DNA of 64,000 bases from Pseudomonadota bacterium (GTDB lineage: Bacteria; Pseudomonadota; Gammaproteobacteria; Steroidobacterales; Woeseiaceae): assembly GCA_039821605.1 (NCBI GenBank), contig JBCBNV010000005.1:280849-344848 (forward strand), given 5' to 3'. The position numbers and the translations under genes are program-made. Under the pieces are notes generated by a model that saw nothing but the letters and a program-made list of their open reading frames with translations, had not been told where the DNA came from and did no database searches. Shown here one piece after another: positions 26,717-35,183 of the stretch (its first letter is position 1; every line of letters begins with the position of its first letter).

Positions 26717-28258
26717 CTAGCGCTCGGTCAATCCCGCCTCGAGTGCCTCAAGCGTCTGCCCCTTGGTCTCGGGCAGCAGCCGCCAGAGCAGCACGAGCCC
26801 CAGCAACGCAAAGCCACCGTAGACGGCGAAGGTCATGGCGTTGCCCAGCACGGCCAACTCGACGGGGAACACGAGCTGCACGAGAAAACTCGCGGCCGAG
26901 TTGACGAGCCCCACCACAGAGATCGCCACGCCGCGCAGTCGATTCGGGAATAGCTCGGAGAGCAGCACCCACATCACAGGCCCCAGCGAGAACGCGAAAC
27001 AGGCCACGAAGCCCAGGATGCCGATGAGCACCCGCGTGGCATCGATACTCACGGCGGCCTGCAACAAGGTCGCCCCATGGGCCGACAGCAACTCAGGCGT
27101 GAGTCGTTCCGCGAGCGCATCGCGGAATGCGAGGTCGCTCGCAAACGTCACGGACTCGAGATCGGCCACGGCCGTGGCCACCGCCTCCGGCACATCGGCG
27201 CCTGGCGCCAGCGTGTAGCGCGCGTCGGCAAATGCGCCCGAGAGCAGCAGCATGCAGGCAGCGATTCCGGCCAGGCCAGTGAGCAGCAACGGGCGGCGGC
27301 CCAGGCGGTCGATCACGAGCATCGCAAACACCGTAAACACGAGATTCACGACACCCACGAGGACGGCCTGCAGAAATGCGGCATCGGTGCCAATACCCGC
27401 CTGCTCGAAAATCATGGGCGCGTAGAAGAACACCGCATTGATTCCCGTCACCTGCTGCACGAGCGCGACGATGAGCGCCACGACCATGACGGTGCGAACC
27501 GCCGGCGACAACAGGTCAAGAAACGGCACCGCGGTCGTATCGGCATCCTGCGCAAGCGACGCCCGAATGCGATTGGCCTCCTCGGGCGCCGACTCACCGA
27601 AGCCCGCGCGTTGCAGCGTCGCAACGGCTTCCGCCTCGCGCTCACGCATGAGCAGCCAGCGCGGGCTCTCGGGCAGGCGGCTCAACGCGAACAGGTAGAG
27701 GCATGCAGGCAAGGCCTCGACGCCGAGCATCCAGCGCCAGGTGTTCGCATCGACAAGCAACGTCGCGGCCAGTTCGCCGCCCGAACTCGCCCAGCGCAAC
27801 AGCAGGTAGTTGCTGAAGAACGCCGCCGAGATACCGACGACAATGTTGAGCTGGTTGAAGGACACCAGCCGACCACGGTCGCTGGCGGGCGCGATTTCCG
27901 CGATGTAGACGGGCGCGATGATCAGCGCCGCGCCGACGCCGAAGCCGCCCAGCATGCGCGCGAGTACGAGCGTCAGGTAGTCGGGCGCGAGCGCCGAGAA
28001 CAAGGCCGACAACGCGAACAGCACGGCCGCAACGCGCAGCACGGGCAGCCGTCCATAGCGGTCGGACAATGGCCCCGCCGCCAGCATGGCAACGGCGGCC
28101 GTCAGGGTCAGGCTCGCGACCACCCAGCCGAGCTCGAAGGCATCGAGCGCGTATTCGGTTTCGATAAAGCCCACGACACCCGAGATGACGGAGGCGTCAA
28201 AGCCCATGAGAAAGCCGCCCAGGGCAACGGCAATGGCAATGCGTGCGGCGGGACTCAT
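26717..28258 (-). CDS. MFS sugar-porter family transporter with an extra loop
   Basis: 513 aa with GFLMGFDASVISG, GPLSDRYGRLP, PESPRWL and GPVMWVLLSELFPNRLRG. About 65 extra residues (ARYTLAPGADVPEAV...AVSIDATR) lie between two C-domain helices. Confidence 0.85.
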   Translation of the reverse strand: MSPAARIAIAVALGGFLMGFDASVISGVVGFIETEYALDAFELGWVVASLTLTAAVAMLAAGPLSDRYGRLPVLRVAAVLFALSALFSALAPDYLTLVLARMLGGFGVGAALIIAPVYIAEIAPASDRGRLVSFNQLNIVVGISAAFFSNYLLLRWASSGGELAATLLVDANTWRWMLGVEALPACLYLFALSRLPESPRWLLMREREAEAVATLQRAGFGESAPEEANRIRASLAQDADTTAVPFLDLLSPAVRTVMVVALIVALVQQVTGINAVFFYAPMIFEQAGIGTDAAFLQAVLVGVVNLVFTVFAMLVIDRLGRRPLLLTGLAGIAACMLLLSGAFADARYTLAPGADVPEAVATAVADLESVTFASDLAFRDALAERLTPELLSAHGATLLQAAVSIDATRVLIGILGFVACFAFSLGPVMWVLLSELFPNRLRGVAISVVGLVNSAASFLVQLVFPVELAVLGNAMTFAVYGGFALLGLVLLWRLLPETKGQTLEALEAGLTER

Positions 28259-28268
28259 GCGGCGTTAC

Positions 28269-28718
28269 TCAACGGGGCCGCAGCGGCCGCGGCAACTCTT
28301 CGAACACGTGGCGCACCAGCCCGAACAGGAAAGCCGTGCTGGCACCAAAGAGAATCAGCCCGCTCATGGACTCGAACGTGCCGAGCACCTGCCAGGCCGG
28401 GGTCAGCACGATATCGCCGTAGCCCACAGTGGTTGCCGTTGAGACGGAGAAATAGAGCGCCGTGCCCACATCGGTGAATTCGCCCAGGTACACGTAGAGC
28501 AAGGCCCAGGCCCAGACCTCGATCGTGTGCACGAGAATCGTGCCCAGCACAGCGATAATAATGAGGAGAGAGGTGCCCACGCGCGGATACAGTCGTTTCT
28601 CGAAGCTCGGCGAGATGCGGTTGAGCACCATAAAGAGCACGACGAGGCCGGCGATGTGAAAGACCACGGTGGCGACCGTCACGACGGTGCCCAGAACGAC
28701 TTGTGTGTACACCCGCAC
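28269..28718 (-). CDS. Minimal two-TM potassium channel
   Basis: 149 aa with two TM helices, a pore helix and the selectivity filter TTVGYGD. It has no RCK or ligand domain. The start is GTG (28718 or 28712). The stop lies 10 nt before the MFS start. Confidence 0.85.
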   Translation of the reverse strand: MRVYTQVVLGTVVTVATVVFHIAGLVVLFMVLNRISPSFEKRLYPRVGTSLLIIIAVLGTILVHTIEVWAWALLYVYLGEFTDVGTALYFSVSTATTVGYGDIVLTPAWQVLGTFESMSGLILFGASTAFLFGLVRHVFEELPRPLRPR

Positions 28719-28782
28719 CCCCCCGGTGTGATCCCAACCTGGGAACGGTACAAAGTGTCGGCCGAGAGGTAAACCGCGGGGG

Positions 28783-28830
28783 AAAAAAATACCCCCTGCC
28801 GCACATGAGGGGCCACGTGACAGCAGGGGG
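28783..28830 (-). terminator. Rho-independent terminator after the DUF5666 gene
   Basis: The minus strand reads CCCCCTGC (23-nt loop) GCAGGGGG followed by TATTTTTTT (plus-strand A-run 28783-28789), about 45 nt after the stop at 28876. Confidence 0.65.
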
Positions 28831-28875
28831 CAAGGTTAAGGCGCCGCATCGCAGGGTGCGCGACGCCGGAACCGC

Positions 28876-30351
28876 TTAGTCGTCGTCTTCGATTTCTATT
28901 TCCTCCGCGACGATGACGGTGTCACTGGACTCCACGCCTTGCACGTCGACCACGGCGCCAGCCTGAACGGCGGCAAAGAACTCGGCCGCGGTCAGCGGCT
29001 GCTCGTCGGCATCCTCGTACTCTGTTTGCGCATTCGTTTCGACCGTGACGCCGAGAATCATCAGCGTGGGCTCGGTTATGGCGTCCACGACGCCGCGCAG
29101 CTCGGCTTCGCCCGTGTCGTCATCCCGTTCGAGGCGAGTCGCGACAATCGCGTCGCTGTCTGCGGGCGACTCGCTGCCACGAATCTCGACGTAGTCGCCC
29201 ACGTTGATATCGGCCAGGTTAAGGGGCGTACCGTCAGCGTTCGAAGACTGGTCTTCAAAGCGCGTCAGCGCATCGGTCGTGATCTGGATACCCAGGACGG
29301 TCAGCGTGCCGCCGGCCGCGTCAACAGCGTCGACGAGTGAGGCGACCCGCGTGTTCTCGTCGAGTCGGAAGTCGATCTCGTCCGCGACCAGCACACCGCC
29401 AGCGGTGAACTCACCTTCGACTTCGATGCGGACGTCGAGTGCGAGGTCGGCTTCGGTGCCATTTTCATACTCCGTGTCGCCGTCGGTCGTCACGGGTATG
29501 CCGTTGACGTCGAAATCCGTTGCGCTCACGAAACGCGTGACCAGACCTTCGATCTCCACGTCGTCGTCTTCATCGAACTCGCCGAGCGGGTCTTCGAATT
29601 CCACTTTGCTGGCCAGCAGCCGGTTCGGGTCGTTGGCGTCGAGGCTACCCTCGGCCTCGACGAAATCGCCCTCGGTGATGCTGCCACCCGGGAAGTCCTC
29701 GAGTACGGCGGCGCTGTAATCGACCACGATGCTGCCGAGATTGAACGTGAGCGCGGACGTGTCGAGCGATTCGACGAAGCCTTTGCGCTCGAATTCGTCG
29801 TTGTCATCGTCGCGTTCGATGCGGGTGGCCAGGATACTGCCGTCGCTCGAAACAAAGCCGCTGACCTCGATGACATCGCCGAGCTGCAGGCCCTCGATGC
29901 CCGCAACAGGGAAGTCGTCGTCGAACGAGGTGCCCGCATCGATAATGATGGTTTGCCCAAGCACGGTGACCGTACCGGCACCGAGGTCGATGGCCGAGAT
30001 CGGGCCCTCGAGCGCGTCGTCATAGATGACTTCGTCGGCCGTACCATTGACGCCATCCGCGTCGATCTCGCCCTTGACGATAACGATTTGACCGACGGCG
30101 AGATCGGCTTCAGCACCGGGCATGTCGTCAACGGTGAACGTTGCCGCGCTCGTGTCGTAGCGCACGCCGTTAACGACGACGCTACCGAAATTGGAGATGG
30201 GTCCTATGGCCAGGCCTGTTCGGCCAATGCCGCCGCTCGGCGGCGGTGTACCACCCGAATTGTCGGGAGGCGGGTTGTCACTGCCGCCGCCGCCACAAGC
30301 GGCTGCAACGAGTCCCGCGGTGAGAATCAGCGAGGTCTTGAGGGGGTTCAT
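28876..30351 (-). CDS. Acidic lipoprotein with six DUF5666-like repeats
   Basis: 491 aa with a lipoprotein signal (LTAGLVAAAC) and a Pro/Gly linker. Six 60-80-aa repeats follow (for example TVTVLGQTIIIDAGTSFDDD...GDVIEVSGFVSSDGSILATRIERDDD). It ends EIEIEDDD. Confidence 0.75.
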   Translation of the reverse strand: MNPLKTSLILTAGLVAAACGGGGSDNPPPDNSGGTPPPSGGIGRTGLAIGPISNFGSVVVNGVRYDTSAATFTVDDMPGAEADLAVGQIVIVKGEIDADGVNGTADEVIYDDALEGPISAIDLGAGTVTVLGQTIIIDAGTSFDDDFPVAGIEGLQLGDVIEVSGFVSSDGSILATRIERDDDNDEFERKGFVESLDTSALTFNLGSIVVDYSAAVLEDFPGGSITEGDFVEAEGSLDANDPNRLLASKVEFEDPLGEFDEDDDVEIEGLVTRFVSATDFDVNGIPVTTDGDTEYENGTEADLALDVRIEVEGEFTAGGVLVADEIDFRLDENTRVASLVDAVDAAGGTLTVLGIQITTDALTRFEDQSSNADGTPLNLADINVGDYVEIRGSESPADSDAIVATRLERDDDTGEAELRGVVDAITEPTLMILGVTVETNAQTEYEDADEQPLTAAEFFAAVQAGAVVDVQGVESSDTVIVAEEIEIEDDD

Positions 30352-31169
30352 GACTGTGTTCCTTCTGGTAGTGGTCCTGCGATGGCATAGACGCCCAGCC
30401 CAAGGCGCACGGGAGTCGTGTCAGAGCCGTTGGCATCGGCACGGTGTTCACCGAGCCACGCGTCGACTTCTTCTAGAAACTGCTGGCCGCGCTCGTCGAT
30501 GAACTCGCGAAAGGCCTCCACGGCCTCCGGATGGACGCGATCATCGACGGCAAAACCCTCGAGCCACTTGGGTGCGCCGACGTCGCCGACGTTGCTCGCA
30601 AGCGTTCGCCCGTGGTCAAACAGGTTGGTGCCAAAAAAGCGCAGGCCGCCCGGGTCAAGGTCGCCGGGCATGTGGTAACGCCGCGCGGCAATGACGCGGC
30701 CTGCCTCATCCTTAATCGAGTTGGCTTGGCGCAGCTCTTTTAGAAGCGTCTGTTCCGGCGTATCGCCGCCGTAAGTCTCGAACAGGCTCTTGAAGCTCGG
30801 CTTGTCGCCTGCCAGGGGCAGCGCCAGCGGCTGCCCGGCGGGATCGAGGTAATCCCGATCCTGGTGCCAGCCCGACAGCAGCCGTGTTGCATCCGTCGTC
30901 TTCGACGAGCTTTCTGGTACTTCGGCTTCAAGCAGGTCGCGCTGGCGCTTCACTTCCTTGCGCGAGATGCCCGTCAGGATGGACACTCTTGAGACGTTGG
31001 TCGGTCGGCCGGAGATACCGAACGCATCTGTGGCGACCGACACGAACACGGATTTGGATAACTCCGAAAATTCACGCCAGGTCACGCCACCTTTGAGCAG
31101 CAACAACGCAATCGGCCGAAGCAGTAGTCGGCAGGCACTGAGCAAGGCGGCATTGACATCTTTCTTCAT
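30348..31169 (-). CDS. Hypothetical cytoplasmic protein, DUF6502-like (tentative), possible HTH
   Basis: 273 aa starting MKKDVNAALLSACRLLLRPIALLLLKGGVTWREFSELSKSVFVSVA. A possible HTH is VSRVSILTGISRKEVKRQRD. An ATGA overlap (30348-30351) joins it to the DUF5666 gene. Confidence 0.6.
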   Translation of the reverse strand: MKKDVNAALLSACRLLLRPIALLLLKGGVTWREFSELSKSVFVSVATDAFGISGRPTNVSRVSILTGISRKEVKRQRDLLEAEVPESSSKTTDATRLLSGWHQDRDYLDPAGQPLALPLAGDKPSFKSLFETYGGDTPEQTLLKELRQANSIKDEAGRVIAARRYHMPGDLDPGGLRFFGTNLFDHGRTLASNVGDVGAPKWLEGFAVDDRVHPEAVEAFREFIDERGQQFLEEVDAWLGEHRADANGSDTTPVRLGLGVYAIAGPLPEGTQS

Positions 31170-31199
31170 AGTTGGGGCAGTTTACCCCATTTATAAGAA

Positions 31200-32816
31200 A
31201 TGACAAGCCGTTTCACATTTTTTTTAGTAATTACCGTCATATGGTCGGGCCTAGCCAGTTGTGGTGGCGAATCGCAGGGTACAGCCCGCGATGCAGCGTC
31301 CCGAACGCTCGCCAGGGGCAATGGCGGTGAGCCCGGAACCCTCGACCCCGCCCGCGCCGTGGACATTCACGCGTTCAACGTTCTCGGTGATCTCTACGAA
31401 GGGCTCGTGACCATCGGCAGCGACGGCGCGATCACGGCGGGCGCCGCCGCGCGTTGGCAGGCCGATGTCACGCTGCGTCGGTTTGAGTTTGAATTGCGCG
31501 CGGACGCGCGCTGGTCAACGGGCGAGACCGTAACCGCGGCTGACTTCGTCCGAGGCTTGCGCAGACTCGTCGACCCGGAAACCAACGCGCCCTACGCCAG
31601 CCTGTTTGCGAACATCTCCGGGTTCGCGTCGGTGCAGGCCGGCGACGCACCACCGTCTGCGCTGGGCGTCCGCGCCCAGGGCCCGCGCACGCTGATCATC
31701 GAGCTCGACGCACCGGGCCACACACTGCTCGACGTGCTCGCAATGCCCGTTGCGGCACCCGTGCATGCAAGCAACGCGGTGGCAGGCGGCTTCGACGACG
31801 CGGCGCGCTTCGTGGGCAATGGCGCCTACCAGCTGGCCACTTACCGTCGCAACGATCGCATTGCGCTGACCGCCAATCCGCATCACCGCGACGTCGGGCG
31901 CCTGGGCTATTGCCGCATCGAATTCCTACCCGTGGTCGACCCAGTCACGGAGGTCATGATGTACCGCGCCGGCGACTTAGGTTTGACGCACTCCCTGCCG
32001 CCCCGACAGGTGGCGGACTTGCGCAAGCGCCTGCCCGACGCGGTGCGAATCGCACCGCAGCTCGGCACGTATTTCCTCGCACTGGACCTGACGGAGCCCG
32101 CGCTTGCGAACCGCGATCTGAGGATGGCGCTGTCCATGGCCGTCGACCGGCACGCGCTCGTCGCCATGCTGGGACGCGGAGAACAACCGGCCTGGGGTCT
32201 GTTGCCGCCGGGCCTGGTCGACGACGACGCCTATCCCTGGCACACGCTGGGCGACGCCGAGCGCCGGGATCAGGCGCGCACCGCCCTGCAACGCGCGCTG
32301 GGTGACAACGACGTCCCGGAATTGCGGCTCGTGTTCGACGCAGGCGACGTGCACGAACGCATCGCGCTCACCGTCTCGGACATGTGGCGCGAAACGCTCG
32401 GTCTCGAGACGACACTCGACAAACGCGAATGGGGCTACTTTCTTGACACACGACAGCAGCGTTCGGAATGGGACGCCATGCGCTACGCCTGGTTCGCCGA
32501 CTACGCCGACGCCGCGTCGTTCCTCAGTATGTTTCGCGAGGGCAGCGAACATAATCTGCCGGGCTTTGCCGACGCCAGTTTCGAAGCGGCTCTCGATCGG
32601 GCACGCGCTGCGGCGACCAGCGGCGTGCGCGCCGGCGCACTGTCCGACGCAGCGACTCGCATCGACGACACCTATGCACTGATCCCGCTCTATCACTATG
32701 TCAGCAAGCGTCTGGTGCGCCCTGACATCACGGGTTTCACCGATAATCTGCTTGACCGTCACCCCAGCCGTTTCCTCGCGCCAGAAGGCGCTTCCGAGCG
32801 CGGCTGCTCGCCTTAG
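31200..32816 (+). CDS. Family-5 (OppA/DppA-like) ABC substrate-binding lipoprotein, orphan
   Basis: 538 aa with a lipoprotein signal (WSGLASC) and RGNGGEPGTLDPARAVDIHAFNVLGDLYEGLV. No permease or ATPase genes are adjacent. Confidence 0.85.
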   Translation: MTSRFTFFLVITVIWSGLASCGGESQGTARDAASRTLARGNGGEPGTLDPARAVDIHAFNVLGDLYEGLVTIGSDGAITAGAAARWQADVTLRRFEFELRADARWSTGETVTAADFVRGLRRLVDPETNAPYASLFANISGFASVQAGDAPPSALGVRAQGPRTLIIELDAPGHTLLDVLAMPVAAPVHASNAVAGGFDDAARFVGNGAYQLATYRRNDRIALTANPHHRDVGRLGYCRIEFLPVVDPVTEVMMYRAGDLGLTHSLPPRQVADLRKRLPDAVRIAPQLGTYFLALDLTEPALANRDLRMALSMAVDRHALVAMLGRGEQPAWGLLPPGLVDDDAYPWHTLGDAERRDQARTALQRALGDNDVPELRLVFDAGDVHERIALTVSDMWRETLGLETTLDKREWGYFLDTRQQRSEWDAMRYAWFADYADAASFLSMFREGSEHNLPGFADASFEAALDRARAAATSGVRAGALSDAATRIDDTYALIPLYHYVSKRLVRPDITGFTDNLLDRHPSRFLAPEGASERGCSP

Positions 32817-32950
32817 GAATGCCCTAAAGCCACGCGCCGCTCGGCCGCTATCACGATTAAGGAGTGTAGATCGACGACCCCGCGCCGCGGCCGTGGACCG
32901 ACGATCACCGACGTCGCAAGGAGTGCGTCGTCGCAACAAGCGGTCACGGC

Positions 32951-34750
32951 ATGCAAGTTCTGCTAATTGAAGATGACGATACGGACGCGCGATTGGTAGA
33001 AATCGCGCTGCCGCGCTATTGCCGCGACATCGACTTCAGTATCCACCACGAACGCCGTCTGGACGACGGCATCGGATTCCTGCTCAACGGAAACTGCGAC
33101 GTCGTCCTCGTCGATCTGAACCTGCCCGATGCCAAGGGTAGCGAAGCCGTCGAGCGCCTCGTCGAAGCGCGACCGAAGGTCCCCGTCATCGTCCTGAGTG
33201 GCAATGACAACGAGGACTTCGCCACCACCATCATCGGCGCTGGCGCGCAGGATTTCATCGTCAAGGGCCCCGAAGGTTTGCGACTGCTGCCGCGCGCCAT
33301 CAAATATTCTGTGCAGAGAAAGTCTGCGGAGCTGCGACTGCAGCACCTGGCCTCCTTCGACGCGCTCACCGGCCTCTACAACCGACGCGGGTTCGAGGAC
33401 CAGTTCGAAAAAGCCTGCGCACACTCCCAGCGCAACGGTGACATGGTGGCATTGCTGGTCATTGACCTCGACAAGTTCAAGGCCGCCAATGACGAGCACG
33501 GCCATGACATCGGCGACGCCATCCTGCGCGAGATCGGCGCACGCCTGCGCGACCTCGTACGCGTCGGCGATACGGCGGCCCGACTGGGCGGCGACGAGTT
33601 TGCCGTCGTGCTCGAAGGCGTGCGCGACGCCGCAGCCGCGCAGCAGTGGGCAGAACGCGCGCGCAGGACGCTGTCCGAGCCCATGGCCTTCGGCACCGTG
33701 ACGGTTGCTGTGGGTGCCAGTATCGGTGGCGCCATGTATCCGACGCACGGCAGCGACGCCAAGTCGCTGACCAAATGCGCCGACCTCGCGCTTTACCACG
33801 TCAAGGAGCGCGGCCGGAATGACGTCGCGTTCTTCAACGCCAGGATGGACCAGAAGCTTGTGCGTAAACAGGCGCTCGAGAGAGAGCTGCGCGAAGCGCT
33901 GTCAAACGGCGAGATTCGCCCGGTCTACCAACCCATCGTGTCGCTCAAGACACGGCGCGTACTCGGCTTTGAGGTGTTGTGCCGTTGGTTTCGCAGCGAC
34001 GGCGAAGTGATTGAGCCGCGGGAGCTGCTGCCGCTGGCGCGCGCTCACAAGCTCATGCCCGCCGTCGGTCGGCAGCTGCGTCGCCGCGCGCTTGCGGAGT
34101 TGCGCGCCTGGCGCGCCGAGGGCCACCGCCATCTCTACATGAGCTTCAATGTCGATACCCAGGAGCTCGCGAACAAGCACATGGCTTCGGCGATCATCGA
34201 AGACCTCGAATCGATGCGACTGCCCGGAGATGCCGTTCGCCTCGAACTCTCGGACCGCACGCTGGCCGATCAGGGCGAGCAGGCCGAGCGCCATGTCAGG
34301 CACCTGGCGGCAGCCGGCGTCGCCATCGAGTTCGACGACTTCGGCGGCGGTGACATGTCACTGCACACGCTCGAGCGCTTCCCTGTTGCCGGCGTGAAAC
34401 TCGACTCGGATCTCGTCGCAGATGTTGAAGACGAAACGCAGCGCCATCTCGTCGTGCGTACGCTTATCGACCTCGCCGAGCGACTCAGTATTACGGTCAC
34501 CGCCAAACGCGTGGAGAATCGCGCGCAACTGCAGGCACTCGTCAACATGGGCTGCAACGCGGGCCAGGGCTTCCTGTTTGCACGCGGCATGGTGGCCGCG
34601 GCAGCGCGGGTCTGGCTCAGCTCGCAGGCCGATCGCCTCGGTGAGCGGATCGACAACTACACCGGTACCTTCCGCGCGCTGTCGCTCGCGGATCAATTCG
34701 ACGAAGACGAGTTGCCGACCAGTCTGCGCCCCGACGCGCAGCGCCACTGA
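32951..34750 (+). CDS. Response-regulator receiver - GGDEF - EAL protein
   Basis: Receiver (VLLIEDDDTD, VVLVDLNLPD), GGDEF (RLGGDEFAVVL) and EAL (EVLCRW, DDFGGG, KLD, GQGFLF). Confidence 0.9.
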   Translation: MQVLLIEDDDTDARLVEIALPRYCRDIDFSIHHERRLDDGIGFLLNGNCDVVLVDLNLPDAKGSEAVERLVEARPKVPVIVLSGNDNEDFATTIIGAGAQDFIVKGPEGLRLLPRAIKYSVQRKSAELRLQHLASFDALTGLYNRRGFEDQFEKACAHSQRNGDMVALLVIDLDKFKAANDEHGHDIGDAILREIGARLRDLVRVGDTAARLGGDEFAVVLEGVRDAAAAQQWAERARRTLSEPMAFGTVTVAVGASIGGAMYPTHGSDAKSLTKCADLALYHVKERGRNDVAFFNARMDQKLVRKQALERELREALSNGEIRPVYQPIVSLKTRRVLGFEVLCRWFRSDGEVIEPRELLPLARAHKLMPAVGRQLRRRALAELRAWRAEGHRHLYMSFNVDTQELANKHMASAIIEDLESMRLPGDAVRLELSDRTLADQGEQAERHVRHLAAAGVAIEFDDFGGGDMSLHTLERFPVAGVKLDSDLVADVEDETQRHLVVRTLIDLAERLSITVTAKRVENRAQLQALVNMGCNAGQGFLFARGMVAAAARVWLSSQADRLGERIDNYTGTFRALSLADQFDEDELPTSLRPDAQRH

Positions 34751-34760
34751 AATTCTTGGT

Positions 34761-35183
34761 CTAGACGCGCAACAGGTTGATGACGTCATTGACGACGTCC
34801 TGCGAGGCGCCCTTCGTGATGAAGCCATCCACGTCGTGGGCATGTGCCTGCAGTTTGTCCTTCTGTGCCGCGGACGTCGTCAGCACATAGACGACGCTGC
34901 GTCGCAGGGCAGGATCCGCGCGCACTTCCCCCAAAAACTCAATGCCATCCATTCGTGGCATGTTGAGGTCCAGCAGGATGATGAAAGGGGACTCGACGCG
35001 GTCACGCCCGTTTTCACCGCGAAGATATTCCAACGCCTCAATACCGTCATGCGCCACGACGAGCGGGTTGTCGAGCCCCCTGGCGTCGAGGGCGCGGCGG
35101 ATACTCATGATGTCGACATCGTCGTCATCGACGAGCAACAAGGTGACGGAGCGCTTTGCTGCGACGCCGAGCGCGGTCATCAC
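34761..35183 (-). CDS. Stand-alone CheY-like receiver protein
   Basis: 140 aa with LLLVDDDDVD and ILLDLNMPRMDG. Its ATG overlaps the kinase stop (ATGA, 35180-35183). Confidence 0.85.
   Translation of the reverse strand: MMTALGVAAKRSVTLLLVDDDDVDIMSIRRALDARGLDNPLVVAHDGIEALEYLRGENGRDRVESPFIILLDLNMPRMDGIEFLGEVRADPALRRSVVYVLTTSAAQKDKLQAHAHDVDGFITKGASQDVVNDVINLLRV

Noticed and set aside
28876-30351. Periodic DNA structure that might suggest a repeat array or CRISPR
   Set aside because: The periodicity is at the protein level (six diverged 60-80-aa DUF5666-like repeats in one long ORF). There are no exact DNA direct repeats with spacers.
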